Below, piece by piece: positions 6,963 to 12,875 of a stretch of 12,875 nucleotides of DNA; position 1 is the first letter of the stretch, and the number at the start of each line of letters is the position of its first letter. This DNA is from a bacterium (lineage in GTDB: Bacteria; JAMCPX01). Where the stretch lies: NCBI GenBank assembly GCA_037439545.1, contig JBBIVV010000049.1, positions 1 to 12,875 on the forward strand, read 5' to 3'. The translations under genes and the position numbers were made by a program. The notes beneath the pieces were generated by a model that saw only the letters and a program-made list of their open reading frames with translations, was not told the DNA's origin and made no database searches.

Positions 6963-7938
6963 TATTCCACCTTCAATAATGATGTTTGCATATCTACTTG
7001 ACCTGATCATTGGGGACCCGGTATGGCTGCCACATCCTGTGAGAATAATGGGGAAGACAATCATAAAGGTAGAAACTATATTGAGAAGATATGCCAAGAC
7101 ACCGTATGCACAGAAGGCCGCAGGTATATTACTTGTTTTTACAATAGTCCTGCCTGCATTCATTCTCACAGCCTTTGTAATGGACATTATATATCATCTT
7201 CACAGCAGGTTCTTGATAATCATGGGTGATATTTTGCTTGTGTATCTCATATCCACTACAATTGCAGTCAAAGAATTAATAAACGAAAGTAAACGGGTGA
7301 TCAAGGCTGTAAAAAATAACAACCTTGATATCGCAAAAAGTAGATTAAGCAGGCTTGTAGGAAGAGATACAGAAACGCTATCTCAGAAAAAGGTGTTCAT
7401 GGCAACAATAGAAACCCTATCAGAGAATTTGTCGGATGGTATCATAGCCCCGATGTTTTATCTAACTTTAGGAGGCTTGCCATTTGCAATGGTATACAAA
7501 GCTATAAACACGCTTGACTCAATGGTTGGGTATAAAAACGAAAGGTACATCCATTTTGGATTTGCCTCTGCAAGATTAGATGACATCGCAAACTATCTAC
7601 CGGCAAGGATAACCGGCTTGCTTATAGTTATTACATCGATAATTATTTATGGCTGGTCAACAGCGGCAAATGCTTTTCATACAATGCTCCGGGATGGGAG
7701 GAAGCATCCAAGTCCGAATGCAGGCATACCGGAGGCCGCAATGGCGGGTGCACTGGGGGTGGTGCTTGGCGGCACATCTACCTATAACGGTATACCCGTT
7801 GAAAAGCCCTTTATTGGAAAGGATTATGCACAGAATTATAGTGCTGCAGCTGAACAAGCCATACGTATTGCAAAGATTGCCTCATTAATAGGCATTGTAA
7901 TAGTCATAATTAGCCTTCAGATAAGGAATAACTTATGA
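6955..7938 (+). CDS. cbiB: Adenosylcobinamide-phosphate synthase CbiB
   Basis: Motifs LDLIIGDPVWLPHPV, LVGRDT, ETLSENLSDGIIAP, YKAINTLDSMVGYKN, ARLDDIANYLPAR, HPSPNAGIPEAAMAGALGV.LGG. Start placed at ATG 6955 (8-nt overlap with the radical SAM gene) instead of GTG 6730. Confidence 0.96.
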   Translation: MFSIPPSIMMFAYLLDLIIGDPVWLPHPVRIMGKTIIKVETILRRYAKTPYAQKAAGILLVFTIVLPAFILTAFVMDIIYHLHSRFLIIMGDILLVYLISTTIAVKELINESKRVIKAVKNNNLDIAKSRLSRLVGRDTETLSQKKVFMATIETLSENLSDGIIAPMFYLTLGGLPFAMVYKAINTLDSMVGYKNERYIHFGFASARLDDIANYLPARITGLLIVITSIIIYGWSTAANAFHTMLRDGRKHPSPNAGIPEAAMAGALGVVLGGTSTYNGIPVEKPFIGKDYAQNYSAAAEQAIRIAKIASLIGIVIVIISLQIRNNL

Positions 7939-9014
7939 AGAGAGCAGAATTTGATGTTGAACATGGAGGTAATATTTATAAATTGGCAGATATGCTAAAG
8001 CTTAATAAGCATAAGATTATTGACTTTAGCGCAAACATAAATCCTCTCGGTGCACCTGAAGGTGTGATACAGATAATTAAAGATAGTTCAAAAGATATCA
8101 TCAATTATCCTGATCCTGATACTAATGCACTAAAGCAGGAGATTGCAAAGTATCACAGCATAATACCCGAAAGTATTGTATGTGGTAATGGCAGTACAGA
8201 GTTAATATATCTGTTTGTGCGGGCATTAAAACCTAAAAACGTGCTTATTCCTGCACCTACATTCTCTGAATATGAAAGGGCATGCAAAACCTATAGGGCA
8301 AGGGCTATGCATTATGGATTAAAAAAAGAAAACAACCTTGATCTAAATCCTGAAGCGTTTATTAAAGCACTTTCTTCTATAAGATATGATATGGTGTTTT
8401 TATGCAATCCAAACAACCCAACAGGCAGGCTTACTCAAAAAAAAGATGTACTGAGGATTGCTCATACAGCAAAGGCACTGAAATCTTATCTTATTGTAGA
8501 CGAGGCATTCATTGATTTTGTTCCGGATGCATCTGTAATCCAAGAGGTTGAGAAAAATCCATATTTGATCGTTATAAGATCAATGACAAAGTTTTATGCA
8601 TTGGCAGGCTTAAGGCTTGGTTATGGTATATTTCCCTTAAAAATTATAGATCTTATCAAGCAGTACAAAGAGCCATGGACAGTTAATACGCTTGCGCAGA
8701 GGGCGGGCATATCTGCACTGAATGATACTACCTATAAAAAACAAACTCTGGAATTAATAAAAAATGAAAAACAATTTCTTGAAAAGAGATTTAACCAATT
8801 GGGCATAAATTTCGTTAATTCTTGTGCAAATTTTTATCTTTTCAGGTTTCTTAATGCGGAATTTGTATATAGAAAATTAAAAAAGAAAGGAATACTTGTT
8901 CGGCTATGCTCTGACTTCAAAGAGCTCGATAAAACCTACATCAGAGTCGCGGTTAAAAATCGCAAGCAGAACGTACTTTTATTGAAGGAGCTGTCTCAAT
9001 GGTTAAAGGCATAG
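7935..9014 (+). CDS. cobD: L-threonine-O-3-phosphate decarboxylase (PLP-dependent, class I/II aminotransferase fold)
   Basis: Motifs HGGN, DFSANINPLG, YPDP, GNGSTELI, CNPNNPTG, DEAFIDF, RSMTKFYALAGLRLGY (PLP Lys); ATGA overlap with cbiB. Confidence 0.93.
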   Translation: MKRAEFDVEHGGNIYKLADMLKLNKHKIIDFSANINPLGAPEGVIQIIKDSSKDIINYPDPDTNALKQEIAKYHSIIPESIVCGNGSTELIYLFVRALKPKNVLIPAPTFSEYERACKTYRARAMHYGLKKENNLDLNPEAFIKALSSIRYDMVFLCNPNNPTGRLTQKKDVLRIAHTAKALKSYLIVDEAFIDFVPDASVIQEVEKNPYLIVIRSMTKFYALAGLRLGYGIFPLKIIDLIKQYKEPWTVNTLAQRAGISALNDTTYKKQTLELIKNEKQFLEKRFNQLGINFVNSCANFYLFRFLNAEFVYRKLKKKGILVRLCSDFKELDKTYIRVAVKNRKQNVLLLKELSQWLKA

Positions 9015-10339
9015 TCATAGCCGGGACGCACAGCGGGTGCGGCAAGACGACGGTAACCCTCGGTATTCTCAGTGCATTGACGATGAAGGGGCTCAAGGTT
9101 CAGCCGTTCAAGGCAGGCCCGGATTTTATCGATACAGGTCTCCATACCGCTATTACCGGTGTGCCTTCGAGGAACCTGGATATCTGGATGTGTGGAGAGC
9201 ACGGTGTCAAAGAATGTTTTTCTCAACATACGGCAGATGTGGATACTGCAGTTGTGGAAGGCGTCATGGGCATGTATGACGGTCACTACAGTACTGCAGC
9301 ACTTGCGAACCTGTTGAAGGTACCGGTAATTCTGGTTGTCGATGCTTACGGTATGGCTGAGAGCGCCGGGGCAATTGTGCAGGGGTTTATCTCCTATCAT
9401 GGGGCGCCTGAATTCATCGGCGTCATCTTTAACCGTGTGTCTTCCCCGGCGCATTTCGACATGCTCAGACATGCTGTGCGAGGTGTACCAGTTTTGGGCT
9501 ATCTGCCGGATGATGCGGATTTTCGCCGTCAGGAGCGGCATCTCGGGCTGACAACTGCACAGGAAAGTCCCCTTGCCCCGTATCTGATAGAAAAGCTCGG
9601 CGAGGCAGTCCGTGCTCATATAGACATGGACAGCCTGGTACGGTCGGCGGATTGTTCCACGCCGTCTTCCTTCCTGCCACGGCAGAAAATCCGCACAGCA
9701 TCTTCACGACCCGGTATCCGTATAGCCCTTGCGTATGACAGGGCATTCTGCTTCTACTACGAAGACAACCTTGATCAGCTCAAAGAAGAGGGAGCAGAGA
9801 TCGTCCGGTTCAGTCCTCTGGCAGACAGGGAGATACCCGATGCGGACGTGCTGTATATCGGCGGCGGATATCCGGAAATCCACGCACAGCAATTATCAGG
9901 GAACGCGGCCATGCTTGAATCCATCAAAACATGGGTTGATGCGGACAAGCCTGTGTATGCGGAATGCGGAGGTATGATGTACCTGTCGAACGGAATCCAC
10001 GGATTTGATCATGAATATTTCAGCATGGCAGGTGTCATGCCGTTTGAGACCAAAATGGAACGATCAAGAATGCACCTTGGCTACCGGGAGATTGTCCTGA
10101 AGGAGGACTGTATACTTGGCAGGCAGGGGGACAGACTGAGAGGGCAGGAGTTCCATTATTCTGCTCTGGTAAATCAGCAGCCGGACACATTGTTAAAAAC
10201 GTGTTATATTCTTGAAGGGCAAAACAGGGAAGAAGGCTACAGCAGGAAACGTATACTCGCAAGTTATATCCATGTGCATTTTTGTTCGAACCCGGCTGCA
10301 GCACAGCATTTTGTAAATTTTGTACGGAAGGAGTCATAG
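8999..10339 (+). CDS. cbiA: Cobyrinate a,c-diamide synthase (CbiA/CobB)
   Basis: Motifs IAGTHSGCGKTT, FKAGPDFID, NLD, VEGVMGMYDG, ERHLGL, AFCFYY..N, GGGYPE, AECGGMMYL, EFHYS, ASYIHVHF; AAGGAG RBS; 16-nt overlap with cobD. Confidence 0.96.
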   Translation: MVKGIVIAGTHSGCGKTTVTLGILSALTMKGLKVQPFKAGPDFIDTGLHTAITGVPSRNLDIWMCGEHGVKECFSQHTADVDTAVVEGVMGMYDGHYSTAALANLLKVPVILVVDAYGMAESAGAIVQGFISYHGAPEFIGVIFNRVSSPAHFDMLRHAVRGVPVLGYLPDDADFRRQERHLGLTTAQESPLAPYLIEKLGEAVRAHIDMDSLVRSADCSTPSSFLPRQKIRTASSRPGIRIALAYDRAFCFYYEDNLDQLKEEGAEIVRFSPLADREIPDADVLYIGGGYPEIHAQQLSGNAAMLESIKTWVDADKPVYAECGGMMYLSNGIHGFDHEYFSMAGVMPFETKMERSRMHLGYREIVLKEDCILGRQGDRLRGQEFHYSALVNQQPDTLLKTCYILEGQNREEGYSRKRILASYIHVHFCSNPAAAQHFVNFVRKES

Positions 10340-10340
10340 C

Positions 10341-11327
10341 ATGGGCAAGAGACTTATTCTGTGTATAACGTTTATGCTCGGAGGGGCAGTTCATCCCCTC
10401 TACGCACGGGATGCCGCGACCCTGTCTGTCCGCGACGACGCAGGCAGGACGGTCATAATTCAGACACCGGTCAAACGGGTCGTCACCCTTGCACCTTCGA
10501 ACACTGATATAGTTTCTGCACTGGGCATGACGTCCGCAATTGTCGGTGCAAGTAATACCGACGACAATCCATTACCGGTTTCCGTAAAAAGGATTGGGTT
10601 TATCAATCCTTCTGTTGAAGAGGTTGTTTCTTTGAACCCCGGGCTGGTTATGGGGATCTATGGTGAAGACATGATCTGTAACAGGCTTGAACATTTGAAT
10701 ATCCCCTGTATCATGCTGTCACCCGATACTATAGACGGAGTAATGCACGATATAAGGCTCGCCGGCAGGATCTTTTCGGCGAATGCCGCTGCATCCGTTC
10801 TTGTGAATAAAATAAAAGGGAAATTAGATTGGATGGATTCGAGGTTAAAATATTGCAGAACAACGCCGCGCGTATACTTTGAGATAGATGCCTCTGACCC
10901 GTCAAGGCCGTTCTCTGCAGGCCGTGGCAGTTTTATCGACAGCATGATAACCCTGGCGCATGCGGTAAATATTGCCCATAATACCGATACCATGTGGCCG
11001 CAGCTTCCGGAAGAATTTATTCTCGCGCAGGACCCGGACATTATTATCCTGTCCGACAGATTTGATATAAACGCACTGAGAAAACGCCCGGGCTGGTCTG
11101 AAATAAAGGCGGTTAAAACAGGCAGGGTCTATCATATAAACGAAAATCTTGTCTCGAGACCGGGGCCGGACATTATCAATGCTTTTATTCAGGTAGCAAA
11201 AGACATACACCCGGAGGTATTTGAGAATAACAATAGCGGTACAGACAAATCCCCCCTACGCCCCTTTACTAAAGGGGGAGGAGGGGGGATTAATATGCAG
11301 TCTCCAGGAGGAACTAACAACCAATGA
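10341..11327 (+). CDS. btuF: Cobalamin/corrinoid ABC transporter substrate-binding protein (BtuF-like)
   Basis: Signal peptide MGKRLILCITFMLGGAVHPLYA; motifs VRDDAGRTV, RVVTLAPSNTDIV, EEVVSLNPGLV, AGRGSFI, QDPDIII, RPGWSEIKAVKTGRVY, SRPGP. Start placed at ATG 10341 (AAGGAG at 10328-10333). B12 specificity is from context. Confidence 0.85.
   Translation: MGKRLILCITFMLGGAVHPLYARDAATLSVRDDAGRTVIIQTPVKRVVTLAPSNTDIVSALGMTSAIVGASNTDDNPLPVSVKRIGFINPSVEEVVSLNPGLVMGIYGEDMICNRLEHLNIPCIMLSPDTIDGVMHDIRLAGRIFSANAAASVLVNKIKGKLDWMDSRLKYCRTTPRVYFEIDASDPSRPFSAGRGSFIDSMITLAHAVNIAHNTDTMWPQLPEEFILAQDPDIIILSDRFDINALRKRPGWSEIKAVKTGRVYHINENLVSRPGPDIINAFIQVAKDIHPEVFENNNSGTDKSPLRPFTKGGGGGINMQSPGGTNNQ
11247..11291. 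repeat. Nested C-tract/G-tract inverted repeat within the btuF 3' end
   Basis: Outer stem AATCCCCCCT (11248-11257) / AGGGGGGATT (11282-11291); inner stem CCCCTTT-ACT-AAAGGGG (11261-11277); translated KSPLRPFTKGGGGGI. Confidence 0.8.
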
Positions 11328-12340
11328 AACTGTATCAATACATAGAAAAGCATACATGGCTGCTGTGGTCCGCACTCGTACTGTGTCTTGCCATAGTATT
11401 CCTGCTCAACATCGCTATAGGACCTGTAAACATACCCATCCCTGATGTTGTAAAGGCATTCCTGTCTTCATCGAAAAGCGTGGATAGTACGATCATTCTG
11501 TCTATTAGACTGCCGATTGCTATCGCCGGGATTATCGTTGGTGCAGGGCTCGGTGTAAGCGGTTCGATCTTTCAGGCGATCCTGAGAAACCCGCTTGCGG
11601 ACCCCTATATCCTGGGCATCTCTTCGGGTGCTGCGCTCGGTGCTGCTATTGCACAGGCGGTTATGTTGAGCAGTGTTTCGGTGTCGTTGTCGGCTTTCCT
11701 GGGTGCTGTCGGTGCAATGGCAATCGTTTACCTGATCTCCCTCTCATCCGGCAGTTCAACGCCGCTCTACCTCATACTGGCGGGCGTTGCCGTCAGCGCA
11801 CTCCTCGGTTCCGTGATGTCGTTTATTATACTCATGAGCAATACTATGCAGATCAGGATCTACTCCATAATGCTGTGGCTCATGGGCGGCGTAAAAGAAA
11901 CGGGCTGGCACGAACTCATCTTTATCGGTATTGCATTTATTGTCCTGAGTGTGACTGCAGTCTTTATAGCCCCCTACCTCGACGTGCTCTCATTCGGGGA
12001 CGAAAAGGCGTCGAGCCTGGGTGTGCACGTTGAAAGGACAAGACTGCTCTCCATGGTTATTGCGGCCCTTCTTGCAGGTGTTGCAGTCTATCTGAGCGGT
12101 CTTGTGGGGTTCGTAGGGCTTATTGTGCCGCATATTACGAGACTTATCATAGGGCCATCGCATAAACGACTTATAATGGTGAACATTTTTGTCGGTGCCA
12201 TCTTCTTGCTGGTATCGAACCTCATCGCAAGGACCGTTCTGCGGCCGGTCGAGGTACCGGTCGGTGTCATAACATCGCTTATCGGTGCGCCGTTCTTTCT
12301 CTATCTCCTGCTGAGATCGTTAAAGGGGTACAGGTTCTGA
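11324..12340 (+). CDS. btuC: FecCD/BtuC-family ABC transporter permease
   Basis: Motifs IRLP, RNPLADPYILGISSGA, LILAGVAV, WLMG, GDEKASSLGV, GLVGFVGLIVPHITR, EVPVGVITSLIGAPFF; ATGA overlap with btuF. Confidence 0.9.
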   Translation: MKLYQYIEKHTWLLWSALVLCLAIVFLLNIAIGPVNIPIPDVVKAFLSSSKSVDSTIILSIRLPIAIAGIIVGAGLGVSGSIFQAILRNPLADPYILGISSGAALGAAIAQAVMLSSVSVSLSAFLGAVGAMAIVYLISLSSGSSTPLYLILAGVAVSALLGSVMSFIILMSNTMQIRIYSIMLWLMGGVKETGWHELIFIGIAFIVLSVTAVFIAPYLDVLSFGDEKASSLGVHVERTRLLSMVIAALLAGVAVYLSGLVGFVGLIVPHITRLIIGPSHKRLIMVNIFVGAIFLLVSNLIARTVLRPVEVPVGVITSLIGAPFFLYLLLRSLKGYRF

Positions 12341-12875
12341 TGTATCTCTTTATCGATAGCATTTCATTTGCATTGAACAATACGTTCAGGATAGACGGCC
12401 TGAGTCTGGGGATTGAAAAAGGGGAAATGCTGGGCATCATAGGGCCCAACGGCTCGGGAAAAACTACCCTGATCAAGCTCATGTCCGGCATCTTGAGACC
12501 TCACGCCGGTCGAATCACGCTGGACGGTAAAGACATCCATTCTCTCAACCGGCGGGCCCTAGCCTGCATGCGGGCTTATGTGCCGGAGAGCATCGATCTT
12601 CCGTTCGATTACACAGTTCATGAAATAGTTGCACTGGGCAGGCACCCCTATACAGGGGCATTTTCAGGGCTTGATAAAACCGACAGGGCAGCCATTGACA
12701 ATGCGTTTAGGCTGACCGACACGGATAAACTGTCTCACCGGCAGTTCTTTACCCTGTCCATGGGAGAAAAACAAAGGGTGATGCTGGCAATGGCGATAGC
12801 GCAGGAGCCCGAGATCCTTTTGCTCGATGAGCCCATTTCGCATCTCGACATCGGTCATCAGCTCGCGTTTATCCA
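12340..12875 (+). CDS. btuD: ABC transporter ATP-binding subunit (BtuD/FepC-like), 3'-truncated, not in the ORF track
   Basis: TGATG overlap with btuC; manual translation MYLFIDSISFALNNTFRIDGLSLGIEKGEMLGIIGPNGSGKTT...AYVPE...LGRHPY...TLSMGEKQRV...ILLLDEPISHLD; open to the window end. Confidence 0.9.
   Translation, partial: MYLFIDSISFALNNTFRIDGLSLGIEKGEMLGIIGPNGSGKTTLIKLMSGILRPHAGRITLDGKDIHSLNRRALACMRAYVPESIDLPFDYTVHEIVALGRHPYTGAFSGLDKTDRAAIDNAFRLTDTDKLSHRQFFTLSMGEKQRVMLAMAIAQEPEILLLDEPISHLDIGHQLAFI

Noticed and set aside
3654..9014. Identical 16-nt overlaps at cobS/cbiP and cobD/cbiA, both upstream proteins ending W-L-x-x
   Set aside because: Explained by both downstream amidases starting M-[AV]-K, which reads W-L in the overlapping frame; ordinary translational coupling.
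10142..10162. GQEFHYS in CbiA instead of the usual GHEFHYS
   Set aside because: A single substitution with the glutaminase Cys (AECGG) and all other motifs intact; not enough to claim altered function or pseudogenisation.
331..12858. Many minus-strand and alternate-frame ORFs (e.g. 8996..9619, 6618..7187, 2322..2813)
   Set aside because: All overlap well-supported + strand genes and show no recognisable motifs; treated as shadow ORFs.

Overview
The window is one tightly coupled, + strand cobamide (vitamin B12) uptake, salvage and late-biosynthesis operon. Order: a 5'-truncated YncE/BtuG-like beta-propeller lipoprotein, two GTAG-type REP-like palindromes, cobU, cobT, cobS, cbiP(cobQ), a 43-aa peptide gene missed by the ORF track, a radical SAM/SPASM enzyme, cbiB, cobD, cbiA(cobB), btuF, btuC and a 3'-truncated btuD. 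The standout is the peptide + radical SAM/SPASM pair between cbiP and cbiB. From memory it resembles the bioinformatically defined CbpA/CbpB pair, a predicted peptide-modification system with no product or function known to me. Other points: a lipobox at the window edge showing the propeller gene starts upstream, several palindromic repeats translated in frame inside cbiP and btuF, non-canonical ABC motifs in btuD, and gene-by-gene GC shifts. No rRNA, tRNA, CRISPR, transposase or cobalamin riboswitch was recognised. All family calls come from motif recognition by eye, not database searches.
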